This document shows, one piece after another, positions 21,201 through 31,400 of a DNA stretch of 64,000 bases (positions are counted from its first letter, which is position 1; every line of letters begins with the position of its first letter). The notes beneath the pieces were generated by a model. The model saw only the letters and a program-made list of their open reading frames with translations, searched no databases and was not told where the DNA came from. The position numbers and the translations under genes are program-made. Origin of the DNA: Candidatus Omnitrophota bacterium (GTDB lineage: Bacteria; Omnitrophota; Gorgyraeia; B26-G9; JBDRCZ01); NCBI GenBank assembly GCA_043821285.1, contig JBDRCZ010000027.1, forward strand, positions 18,988 to 82,987. The letters run 5' to 3'.

Positions 21201-21454
21201 CTTAATACGATAAAGCCCTGCTGCTGCAGCTTTTTTGCAAGTTCATCCCAGTCTTGGCGGCTACCCTGCCACATATGCAGACAAACGACCGCGGGGCGGG
21301 AAATATTATCATTGTGGTAATAATATGACCCAACAATAACCACGGCATCTTTTGTGGTAAATGTTACGGTTTTAGTGGGAAAGGTATAGGCCGCGGCAAA
21401 AGAAATATGAAAGAAAGCAAAAGAAAATAGAAAAAATAATTTTAAAAATTTCAT
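18260..21454 (-). CDS. Secreted multidomain protein: alpha/beta-hydrolase - CheR-type SAM methyltransferase - TPR repeats
   Basis: An N-terminal signal peptide. The nucleophile elbow is GGSLG. The middle segment, VFACSTGQEAITFAIELL, matches the CheR MTase motif (GCSTGEEPYS). The C-terminal third contains multiple TPR-like repeats. Confidence 0.75.
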   Translation of the reverse strand: MKFLKLFFLFSFAFFHISFAAAYTFPTKTVTFTTKDAVVIVGSYYYHNDNISRPAVVCLHMWQGSRQDWDELAKKLQQQGFIVLSIDLRGHGESIIKREKNGKEKNIHWKKFKYAVYSEMVNDALAAENFLLQQDNVDVQRIGLIGGSLGCSVAIKLATVSEHIRSIALLSPAMNYLGVDLSRDLPKLSKKDIPILVFLEETDFNYTSGKKFFTAYPGKKRLKVYNEKGHGTRLFLSDVKSEIENEIITQLNDNLHNKNPIFPPSITAYTDNDPIEFVEKLCSDPALLKELVACENAINILAGLGSNLAKRQLKKSPDTAVTNPYNLLFDLTRPIDSYTASAVLGDEEFVSDFELLNEHLLKFFNKPFLRYKINDGKLYDLYFLIQSPEKLKTLLYALGHVDSAVWPVKAVETALKTYLAALENNTLSPYTYDVLKQRIRQRYKSVFFTELSSIDKKQLSDNLNNYLLSNGIVRLGKIDDKLLLTLTVKFYTLSSTYFYRNWADLKEFIKYLPQLTSQAKQEDRPLKIKVFACSTGQEAITFAIELLEHGIRDFYILATDYNPQVIDIAREMDFQEDYFLRLPEQIQQRLLKYFVKSDRGYRIKDLVFFKQHIDFKVQNILDDLPNNLPKQFAPPYDLVSVQNVLMYIDREEVDKNIDKVFKVLNTGGLLILTDTQYDIGSFYNHNIYARFFRINHLLSQKFYETDNSEALIKLYTERLKQNPTIDLYFYLAFTCLHSGNLEKAIATLHEAEKLYPFSSEISAQLAVLHLHADDKKSARKYLETALDINPLSVDYYKTYVQLLRNKKEKLYYHKIIEALNKHLQKGLGKIETNAEAIEITKAARELLPRQYPAYLFLGILSSHKANLYSKKGDLAQAKTSINQAIVYLQKALNQNPNFYYIYNELGKTYLNYAKLLCADNNYHQAKQYFDLAKQNADKSLALKTSVHGYNLLAGLYYERGIVDIELGQIENAVHNLDTAIDDYKKIRLDTSDRYQLYLNTSLCYYKKALAHKELADYNNARISLEEARKWLNSALELNSIYGTEAYITLGQCEELWQKMKKAAF

Positions 21455-21465
21455 GGGGGGGTTTT

Positions 21466-22155
21466 TTACTTTCCTCCCATGACTTCGCTTTTAAATGCAG
21501 TAATCTCTTTTTTTAGTTTTCTTTCAAGACTTATTGCTTTATTAAAATTATCTTGGGCTAATTCATTTTTACCTTGCAAATAATAAATTTTTCCGCGGGT
21601 AAAATAACTAAATGCATATTTTTTATTATACCGTATTGCTAAAGATAAATCTTCCAGCGCTTCATCAAAGTTATTAATTTTGGCATAAATAAGCGCACGT
21701 GTGTTTAGGGCAAAGTAGTTATGGAGATTAAGATCAACCGCGGTATTTGCATGCTCTAATGCGGTATGATAATCGCCTAAGTTATAATATGTCCAGGCGA
21801 TATTATTATAGATTACGTAATCATCAGGAATTATCTCTAATGCCTTTTTTAAATCCGCCAGTGCCGCCTGGTAGCGCTTCTCCATGGTGTATAAGGTCGA
21901 ACGTTTAAGATATGCCTCTTTTAAGATATTACCTTTACGGTTTCTTCCCAGCTCCGCTTCAATTATTTTCGTTTGCTTTTCTATTTTTTGATCGACGTTT
22001 GACGTCTGAGTAAGATAACGGTAATTATCTAAATCCGAAAGCAATTTTTTGGGGGAAACAGAGGTTTCCATCTGGGCGTTAGCGGATACGATAAATAAAA
22101 TAACCGCGGCAGTACATACGGTGATAAATAAATGTTTTTTTCTGGTATTACACAT
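21466..22155 (-). CDS. TPR-repeat protein with N-terminal signal/anchor
   Basis: The ORF track starts at 22218. An AGGAGG SD lies 10 nt upstream of the internal ATG at 22155 (MCNTRKK...). The protein has a hydrophobic N-terminus followed by three or more TPR motifs. Confidence 0.65.
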   Translation of the reverse strand: MCNTRKKHLFITVCTAAVILFIVSANAQMETSVSPKKLLSDLDNYRYLTQTSNVDQKIEKQTKIIEAELGRNRKGNILKEAYLKRSTLYTMEKRYQAALADLKKALEIIPDDYVIYNNIAWTYYNLGDYHTALEHANTAVDLNLHNYFALNTRALIYAKINNFDEALEDLSLAIRYNKKYAFSYFTRGKIYYLQGKNELAQDNFNKAISLERKLKKEITAFKSEVMGGK

Positions 22156-22928
22156 ATTATTTAATCCTCCTTTTTTTATGGTGTAGGAAAGTATACCCTT
22201 GTACTCTTGCGGGCACAAGCGGGCACCATGAAAACACTTTCCTAACCACGGAAAATCGCAATCATGTTATCACCGAAGGCGATTTTCTTGACAAACGGGT
22301 TAAGGTTATAATGAGAACCGGTCTAATCCATAATATTGCTCAATCCCCCTTTCCTTAATCAACGGCCATTCACAGAATTACTCTGAGAACTGTTGATGAC
22401 AGCGATTTAGAGCCGCGTATTACTTTGTGTAATGAAAACGTTACGAATTTTATGCAGCCCTGTAATTAACTATATAGTGTTTCAATAAAACTAACTTATC
22501 ATATCATTTTTTTGCTATATTTTTCAAGCATTTATTTTTGCTTGCGCTAAAATAATCAGTTATCACAGATATTGCTCAGCAAAATCTGGGATGCTGTACG
22601 ATCAAAAAACACGAACCTTGACTAATAAATTTTTTGTGGTAAACTATTTAATTGCAGCTTTCATCATTTTTATGTTTTGTAAATATAAAATAGTCATTGC
22701 AGAAAAACGCCGTAATAACGCGAAAGAATAGGAAGGTGCTGTTCTCTTAGCCGGCCTTTTTTAGGATAATATCCATCAAAGTATTAGTCGTGGAATTGGC
22801 GGATAAAGAATGAACTCTCCCCGCCCCAAGGGGCGGGGAATTTAAGATAAGAGTGAAATTATACGAAAAGCAATAAACTACACAGATAACATTGAACGTG
22901 CGATAATCTGTGTGAACGGAGAATAATT

Positions 22929-24026
22929 ATGTCGCATAAATTAACACCGCTTAGGATCGGAGATTTAGAAATAAAAATACCAATCGTTCAAGGGGCGATG
23001 GGAGTGATGGTATCAAGGGCTTCTTTAGCCAGTGCCGTAGCAAATTGTGGTGGGGCAGGAACGATTGCCAGTGTAGGATTAGGTTATGGGACCGAAGAAA
23101 ATGAAACAAATTTTGTTAAAGCTTCACGTGAGGGGCTGGAAAGAGAAATACGCCGGGCCAAGGAATTAACCAAGGGAATTATTGGAGTAAATATACTGGT
23201 AGCCTTAAGCAATTATGAGGATTTGGTAAGAGCGTCTGTAAAGGCAAAGGCGGATTTTATTATTTCCGGAGCAGGACTGCCGTTAAGGCTGCCGGAATTT
23301 GCCAATAGTTCAGCAATAAAGCTGATACCGATTGTTTCTTCTGCCAGGGCAGTGGATATTATTATCAAGAGCTGGAAAAAACGCTATAACCGCTTGCCGG
23401 ATGCGATTGTTGTGGAAGGACCTTTAGCCGGGGGGCATTTAGGGTTTAAAACGGAAGAGCTGAAAACAGATAATGCACATACACTGGAAAAGTTAGTAAT
23501 AGATGTTTTAAAAATAGCTGCCGGCTATGAAAAAGAGTTTAATATGCACATTCCGGTTATTGCTGCCGGCGGTATTTTTAATGGCGAAGATGTAGTGAGG
23601 TTTCTTAGATTAGGAGCAAAGGGAGTACAAATTGCCACGCGCTTTGTTGCTACACTTGAATGTGACGTAGCTGAAGAGTTTAAGCAATTATACCTAAAAA
23701 CGAAAAACGAAGACGTCTTTATTATCCAAAGCCCGGTGGGCATGCCGGGAAGGGCGATAAAAACAAAGTTTACAGAGAAAATATTGAGCAAAGAAAAAAT
23801 ACCAGTCGTGTGTAGGTACCGTTGCCTTAAGACCTGTGACCCGGCAAGTACTCCTTATTGTATAATGAAAGCGTTAGTTAACGCTGCCTGCGGCAGGATA
23901 GATGAAGCAGTTGTATTTTCCGGACACAATGTTTATCGGGTAGACAAAATCATATCCGTAAAAGAGCTAATCGATAGCATTATAAAGGAAGCAGAAGAAG
24001 AGCTGGAGAAAACATCGAAGGCGTAG
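22929..24026 (+). CDS. NAD(P)H-dependent flavin oxidoreductase, nitronate monooxygenase / FabK family
   Basis: IPIVQGAMGVMVSRASLASAVANCGGAGTIAS and GGHLG motifs, typical of the NMO/enoyl-ACP reductase II TIM-barrel family. Confidence 0.85.
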   Translation: MSHKLTPLRIGDLEIKIPIVQGAMGVMVSRASLASAVANCGGAGTIASVGLGYGTEENETNFVKASREGLEREIRRAKELTKGIIGVNILVALSNYEDLVRASVKAKADFIISGAGLPLRLPEFANSSAIKLIPIVSSARAVDIIIKSWKKRYNRLPDAIVVEGPLAGGHLGFKTEELKTDNAHTLEKLVIDVLKIAAGYEKEFNMHIPVIAAGGIFNGEDVVRFLRLGAKGVQIATRFVATLECDVAEEFKQLYLKTKNEDVFIIQSPVGMPGRAIKTKFTEKILSKEKIPVVCRYRCLKTCDPASTPYCIMKALVNAACGRIDEAVVFSGHNVYRVDKIISVKELIDSIIKEAEEELEKTSKA

Positions 24027-24493
24027 TGTATAATTCCCTGCCTGCAGCCGGGTCAATTTCTGTCGAAAATATCTGCCGCAATAATGCCCAGGTTTCTTTT
24101 CTCTTTAATTGCTCCGGCTGAATTATCGTTGCCAATGCTGTTTCTGCTCGATAAGCAATCATTTTTATTGTATCCATAATATGTTTTTTCTCAGTTGTAA
24201 GACTGCTGTATTTTTCGGATTCTGGTAATTCAGATATCTGGATATGTTTATCCAGTTTTTTTCGTTGTTCTTTTAATGCAGTGATTTCATTTTGATACAA
24301 TTCAATCATTTCTTGTAATTGCAGCAATTAAGAACCGAAAATTCTTCGTGCTTTTGAAGTAGTAAGATAGAGGGAAGAGCGGGAAAAGGCAATAAAGTGC
24401 AAAAAAGACATTTCGCACTTTATTTTTTTTGTGGTATAATAGGATGTTATATAAATAACATCTTAAAAAGAAGGAAAGAAAGGAGGGGTAAAG

Positions 24494-25057
24494 ATGTTTA
24501 ATGAAAGCTATGCGATGTTAGAGCGGAGAAGGAAGACATTATTAAAAAAGATTGGCCGGGTGGGGTATTTCATCATGGGAACGCCAACATATTTAAAAGT
24601 AAGATGCGGGCATAAGGGGTGTAAATGCCAAAAGGTAAAAGGAGCTGGACATGAGAAGCTGCATTTAAGCTGGACGGATAGCGAAGGTAATGGAACCGCG
24701 TATGTACCGGTAGGGTTACGGGAGGAGGTATTAGAGCGGGTGGAGAATTATTGGCTGATCAAAGAGTACATGAAAGAGATGACGAATAAGGATTTAACAT
24801 ACAAAAGAATGGGGGGATACTGTTTGGGGCATTGTTACTCACGGGATGAGGTAGCAATGAAGATATGGGATTGTATTTTAAACATGGCGTATTTAATAAA
24901 CCAGTTGATTGAGCGAGGTTCATTAATCTGTAAGGAAAGTTATGGCAGTATTAGGAATATTGCCAATCGGATGTTTGAACATTTCAGATATGCGGTATTT
25001 AAGCCGCCGGCTGAAAAAAGGAAGATCCAAATCAGATCATGCTGGGATACATCATGA
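24494..25057 (+). CDS. Hypothetical Cys-rich protein (CGHKGCKC cluster)
   Basis: 187-aa ORF. A possible zinc-ribbon is the only recognisable feature. Confidence 0.35.
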   Translation: MFNESYAMLERRRKTLLKKIGRVGYFIMGTPTYLKVRCGHKGCKCQKVKGAGHEKLHLSWTDSEGNGTAYVPVGLREEVLERVENYWLIKEYMKEMTNKDLTYKRMGGYCLGHCYSRDEVAMKIWDCILNMAYLINQLIERGSLICKESYGSIRNIANRMFEHFRYAVFKPPAEKRKIQIRSCWDTS

Positions 25058-25232
25058 AAAAGGGGCACCCACACAGTATCCCCTATTGTGCAAAAGGAAC
25101 GCGTTAATTCCTTTGCAGGCCCCGTTTACCCATTTTACAACCATTCCTGAATTTAATCAAAAGGCTTTTTTCTGACGTGAGTTTTGTGAATTTTGCAGAT
25201 CAGGTTCTTAATTCCTGGAAAATCAAAAAAAA

Positions 25233-25261
25233 CTTGAAAAAATACGATTTATATGATATAC
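25233..25261 (+). promoter_or_regulatory. Candidate sigma70-like promoter of the giant gene (TTGAAA - 17 bp - TATACT)
   Basis: Hexamers are seen directly, ~90 nt upstream of the ATG at 25353. An SD AAGGTGA lies 5 nt before the ATG. Confidence 0.4.
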
Positions 25262-25352
25262 TTTGTAATACTTATAATTACTATTTAAAATATTTTATAA
25301 AGTCGCTTAACATATTAAAACGATTATAAGTTACAAAAAAAGGTGATGAATC

Positions 25353-25460
25353 ATGACAGGCCTAAAACACAAAATATGGTTTAAGGCAATAGCATTCATT
25401 TTAATCCAGGCGTTTTTATGCCTGGATTTGTCATTTGCCGCTGGCGGCGATTTGAAAAAT
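25353..25460 (+). other. Conserved N-terminal leader (signal-peptide-like: K/R n-region, hydrophobic IAFILIQAFLCLDL core, AxA-like SFA|AGG site)
   Basis: Near-identical leaders start the genes at 47675, 51255 and 55592. Confidence 0.8.
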
Positions 25461-28400
25461 GTAAATTCTCTGCTCGCACCGACAATAAAATTAGATGAAT
25501 TAGAAGAAGTATTTAATAAAAAATATGTTGCAGAATCTCCAGAAGAACAGATACTTACCCAGAATTTTAATATCAAATTAAGAAAAACTAAAAAAACTAC
25601 AGAACAAGGCACCGCAGTTTCGATTACAGAAGAGCAAGCGGAGTGTATTAGAGCTGCGAGAACGGGTCTGCTTAATGAGTTTACAAACAAAGTATTTAAA
25701 CGTTATTTGACAGCAGTGCAGATAAATGTTCGCGAATTTTTGCCAAACATGGCTCAGCATATGAGCCGAGCGGAGATTAATATAGATGTAGTTGTCTTGG
25801 GTAATGAGACTGCAGTACGGCTTGCCTTATACCACGGAGCACTGCATGGCATTTTAGCTGAGGAGCGGGGGACAGCAGAAACACCGGAAGAGCGCTTTTT
25901 AGAAGAGGTATTTGTTGTACAAAAAGAATTAGAATATTTAAACAGCCTTTCAGAAAAAGAACAGGATAATTATCTAAAATTTTTGAAAAACTCCTACAGA
26001 ATAAACCACGCGGCATTTTTAAAATTATATAGCCGGTATAAAGAAAAGGTAAAAGAAGCAGAGGATAAGGGAGAGGCTCCAGACTTAAGAGTAATTCTGA
26101 GCATGATTGCCAGTTATGTGAAACAAGTCTCCCGGCGTGATAATGACTTTGGTCAAATAAACTTTGATATGCGCACAAATAAGGCCAAGGATGAGGTTCG
26201 TAAGGTAGTCGAGGGGATAGAGATAGCAAAGGAAACTTCTGCTGGAGCAGAGACATCAGAAGCAGACGTTGAGCCTAACACAGCAGCAATATCAGCAGAG
26301 GAATTAGAAGAAGAGGCAAAAACGTTGATAAAACGTTTTATTGATATTGTGTTAACGGTGACAGGGATTAATTTAATAAAAAGAATATACAATTATTTAC
26401 GTGAAAAGTTGTATTTATGGAACAAATCAAGAAAGCAAAGAAAGATTGAAAGACGGAATGGGGAGCTGGAGAAAATTGATCAGGATGACCCGGATTATCA
26501 AGACACGCTGTTTAAACTCTGGAAATTACAGGGATATGACATTAAATCCCTTAGACCACTATATGCATTAGCCAGACGCGTGGATAAAAGATATGCTGCA
26601 CTGAAGCAAGAACTGGAGACAGGTAATGAGCATATGATTGCCGGGAAGAGTAGAGCATTAAAAGACACAGTAACCCTACGGGTGAATAAACTTGCAGAGA
26701 ATGATACCAGAAATAGAAGCAAATTATTAGAACAGGTACTTAATGAAAATAATTATGCGCTTTTGATTGAGGCATTAGCACTGGTACAGGCTGCATTTAA
26801 CCAGGTTAAAGAGATTAAATTATATGATGTACAGATTATTGCAGCCATTGCCGCAAATAAAGGTGATGGGCAGATTATTAGATTATTACCAGGGGAAGGA
26901 AAGACTTATGTCGGAGCGGCGTATGCCTACCTTAACACTCTTGATGGTGCGAAGGTGCACATGCATACTACTTCTGAGTATTATGCTAAACGTGATGCTG
27001 AAGATGTGCGCGGAGTGTTAGAACTTTTAGGCTTAAGCGCTGCATGTTTAGAAAAAGAGAATGAGGAGAAAAAAGAGGCATATGCGGCCGATGTTCTCTA
27101 CGGGGAGAAATCTGAATTCGGGTTTGATTACTTAAAAGACAATTTGAAATATGAGTCTAAAGAAAAAGTTATGCATGGTCTATACCGGGCAATGGTAGAT
27201 GAGGTGGATTATAATATCCAAGATGATGGACGTACGCCACTGATAATCTCAGCAAGAAGTGTGGAAAATATTTCCGAAGTACTTTATATTGCCGTGAATG
27301 ATGTAGTAGCAGGACTTATCCGGGAACAAGCGGAACAAGAGCTTGAAGAAGATGAAAGATATTATGTGCTGGAGAATTTACCCGGCGATACGACTCCTGA
27401 AAAAGCTGCGAATTATACAACTCATTCTGTTGTGTTTACTGAGACAGGATTAAAAGCATTTGAAAAGCGTCTTTTAGAAAAAGGGTTAGCGGAGTTCTCA
27501 AAAGATGATTTTTTATTTTCTAAGACCCATTATTACATTTTTAGTATGGCGGTGCAGGCGCTGCGGGCGCATAAATTATGGTGTATAGACAAAGATTATT
27601 GTATTAATGAGGATAAAAAAGTTGAGCAAGAAAAAGATAGTCAAGAAGGAGATCAAAGGGCAGATACAAAAGATAAAGAGCCTAAAAAAGGACAGGTTGT
27701 ATTGATTGATGAAAGCTCGGGCCGTCTGATGGAGGGCCGGACATTAAGCCATGGGCTGCATCAGGCAATTGAGGCTAAACACCTAAGAGAAGTAATTACA
27801 GCTGATGAAAGGACTACACTTGAAATTAAAACGATTACCCCGCGTTCAGAAGCACAGGGCTCGATTACGGTAGAGTCATTTTATAAATTATATGAAAAAT
27901 TATCTGGAATGAGCGGGACTGTGGATGAAAATGAGGCCAGGCTCTGGGGACGGCAGGGTAAAGAAGTGGTAAGGGTTCCTTCAAATACCCTGCGCCAGCT
28001 TAAGGAGCATGCGGATAGATTATATCTTACCAACAGAGAAAGATTTGCGGCAATGGCAGAGGCGGCACAAGACAAGCAGACCAGAGGACAGCCAGTTGTG
28101 CTCGGGGTATTAACTCCCGAGGATGCGGATTTATTAAGCGGTATGATAGAGGAGCTTGGCATTGAGCATGAAACATTAGATGCGCGTAATCAAAAAGATG
28201 AAGAGCGGATAATTGCGCATGCCGGAAGAAAAGGCCGGGTTACGATTGTTACGAATATCGCGGGCCGGGCAACAAATATTGTTTTAGGCGGTAAAAAAGA
28301 AATACGTATTCAAGAATTAATATCAGAAGAGAGTCTCTCAGCAGAAACAGCAGAGAAAAGATATAAAGATGAAAAGCAGGAAGTTATTGCATTAGGCGGG

Positions 28401-31400
28401 TTATGCGTTTTTATTGCTGGTAGGCAGCCGAGTTCACGCGGGGATGAACAGTTTGAGACTAGAGCCGCACGGCAAGGCCAACCAGGAGAAAGCGGGCATT
28501 TTCTTTCAGCCGATGACCCGCTATTTGAACAAACCGGCACAAATAAAAAGGTTAGGGAATTAATCGAATATTATCAGAGCGAAGAAGGTAAAGGGGTGGT
28601 TGTCACCCATGTATTTAGAAAAGTTATCCATGAGGCACAAAAGAGATTATCACAGGTGCGGTTGCATGAGAAAAAGCAAACACAAAAATACGAAGAAGTA
28701 TTAGCAAACCAGCGGGAGACCTTTTATCGGTTAAGAGACAGGTTCTTGGAGGAGCCGCAGGAAACATTGCTTGAATTTGTGGAACAGGCGATTGATCTAA
28801 TATTTAGAGATGCGGAAGATATTGAAAAACAATTAGCGCTTGATCCTGAGCTTGCAAAATATAAAACAGGAATTTTAGATGAGGTAAATGAGATAAAAAA
28901 ACAAGGAAAAGATATAAAAGATATAGCAAGAAATGAGGGGATTGTTAGAGAAGATGAATTAAGTAGACTTACAAATTCAGGTGTATTGCGTTTAATGTTA
29001 CAGCGCCAATTTATTAGAGACAAATTTGCTGTTTTTTTAAATATTGGTCTTACAAATGAACAATTAACGTTTTCTAAGGAGCAACTTAAAAATGCAGTAA
29101 CGCAGGCATTAGAACACAGGGCAATATTAGCTAGGCTGATATTGCAGATGTTAGATTTATCTTGGCAGAGACACCTTGGGGATATTGAGGAGTTAAAATG
29201 GGCAATTAACTTTCGGCCGGGTGATGAGCAGAAAAAAGCAGCAGAATTTGGCATAGATGCATTTAAAACCTTTCAGGCAATGCGGGATGAAAATTATTTG
29301 GATGTTTGCGGGGTGGTATACAAAGGCTGGAAGAGATATTTTCGTGCGAAAGCAAAAATGATAGGCCGCCAGAAAGAAGAAGATGGAGAAGTGCCAGAAG
29401 AAGTGCAGGAAAGATTAAAAGACTTAGATGAGCGATTAGGTGGTAAATGGGATTTTCTTAGCAGCCGTAGCGGTCAGGCAGCTGCTACGGGAGGAGTGAC
29501 AGTAGTTGGGTTAAGCGGGATAGTCTATGGTTATGCTGCGCCAATGATACAACAGTCACTACATGATGCTAAAATTGAGCAAATGAATGAGGTATTAGAA
29601 GCGCTTCAGGTATTAGATATAACTAAAGCAACGCAGCTAATTGAAAAATATAATTTAGAAGATACTTTTAATCTTGGCGTAAACGAAGAACAATTGCAAC
29701 AGGAAAAAGACCTTAAGATTATAGAAATAGTATTGTCATCAGATTATACAATAGAAGATGAAGAAGGCGGGCGTTATTTAAGTGTTAGCAAAACAGATGC
29801 AGAAACAGGAGAAGAGGAGCAGACAGAGAAAATTGCGCTTACCTCAGAAGACGATGAAAACCTTGTTACGCGGTTAGAAGAGATAAAAAATAATCCGTCT
29901 GAGATAGATAAAGTAGCACAGGTTATCAAGTTAATAATCGAGAAGGGATTATTAGAATCATTAGGTGGTGACGAGGCTGTGGATGCAAATACAGGTACAG
30001 CCACAGCAAATCAAGATGGACAGGAAAATGGAGCTGCTGGTGAGACCGGCGAATTATTATCTGCAGAGGGCGACGAGGTATCAGATGAGCGTGAAGGAGC
30101 AGGGCAAGCTACTGCCGGAGCCGGGGGTAAAGAAGGAGAGGTTTCTATAGATGAGGAAAAGGCAAAGATAGAAATATCGCTACAGCAGATAATAGATGAA
30201 AATGAAGAAGAGACAGTAAGGACGCTATTATTAAAGGCGTTAATTAAAGATCTTATCAGGTCAGAAAATTATACTTATGCAGTACAAGAGACAGATGAAG
30301 GAGTTTATTTAAACATAATCAAAATAGATACGGAAACAGGAGAAAAGGAGCAGATAGAGAAAATTACGATTACCGAGGAACAGAAAACGATAATCGAGAC
30401 AGTGGGAGTAGCAGAAGAGGAGAGGATAAAGGCAGAAAAAAGGGGGCCGCAAAAACCAAGTTTGTCGGATTTATTTTTATCTAGTGCTACGTATTTAGTT
30501 CTCACAATATTATGGCTATACGCTGCGTATCGGAAATACAAGCATGCTAATACAAAAAGAGAACGTTATATTGCCTGTTTAATGGGATTGTTCGGTGTGA
30601 TTTTTGTCGGGGTTGGATTATTAGGTGCTGGGCCAGCTTTTAATTGGCATGCATCACTGTTTGCGCAGGAGGTAATACATCCGGATTTATTAGAAGAACC
30701 TAAGGAAGAGGTGACAGGAGAAGAAATCGAGCTTGAAGAGGAACTGCCGGAGTTAAATTTTCTTGATGAGGTTGAAGAGCTTAAGGATGTAAGAGACTAT
30801 ATTGCAAAGAGATTTGCGGAATTAGAAGAAGATTTACAAAAAGCCATGGGCAGAATAGATGAGATAATTGAAGATGAGTTATTGGCAAAGGTTAGATATG
30901 TACAAGCAGAGATGGATTTAGAAACTGCCGGCGGTAAAGAGGAAGAGGCGCTGCAGGACCTGCGAGATGCCCAGCAGACATATGATCAACAGGTAAATGA
31001 TTTTGAAGCGGCAACGAACGCTCTGATACAGGTATTAAATACAGAGATTGGGTCAGTTGAAGAGATGGTTGAAAAATTAGATAAAAAGATTGCTAATTTT
31101 ACTGCATTGGATGAAAGGTTAGCAGAGCGGTACGAAAAGACAAAAGAGTTAATTAAAGGTTATCAACAAAAATTAGTAGATATCAGAGAGCAGATTGAGA
31201 CAAATGAGACAACACAGGGAGATTTACAAGAGAAAATAAGGCTTTATGAGCAGCTGAATAACGAGATAATTCCCAAACAATTAGCAGATTTAGATGAGAG
31301 TATTGCATTTGATCAAGCGTGTATTGATGCCCTTACAGCAGCCGAAGATAAAATGGCTGGGCTTACAGCTAACCAAGAGGCCGCACGTCAGAAATATATA

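Noticed and set aside
23980-24327. 115-aa minus-strand ORF overlapping the 3' end of the NMO/FabK gene
   Set aside because: It overlaps the last 47 nt of the NMO/FabK gene. It shows only weak coiled-coil character and no SD. It is mentioned here because I could not decide between a real small gene and noise.
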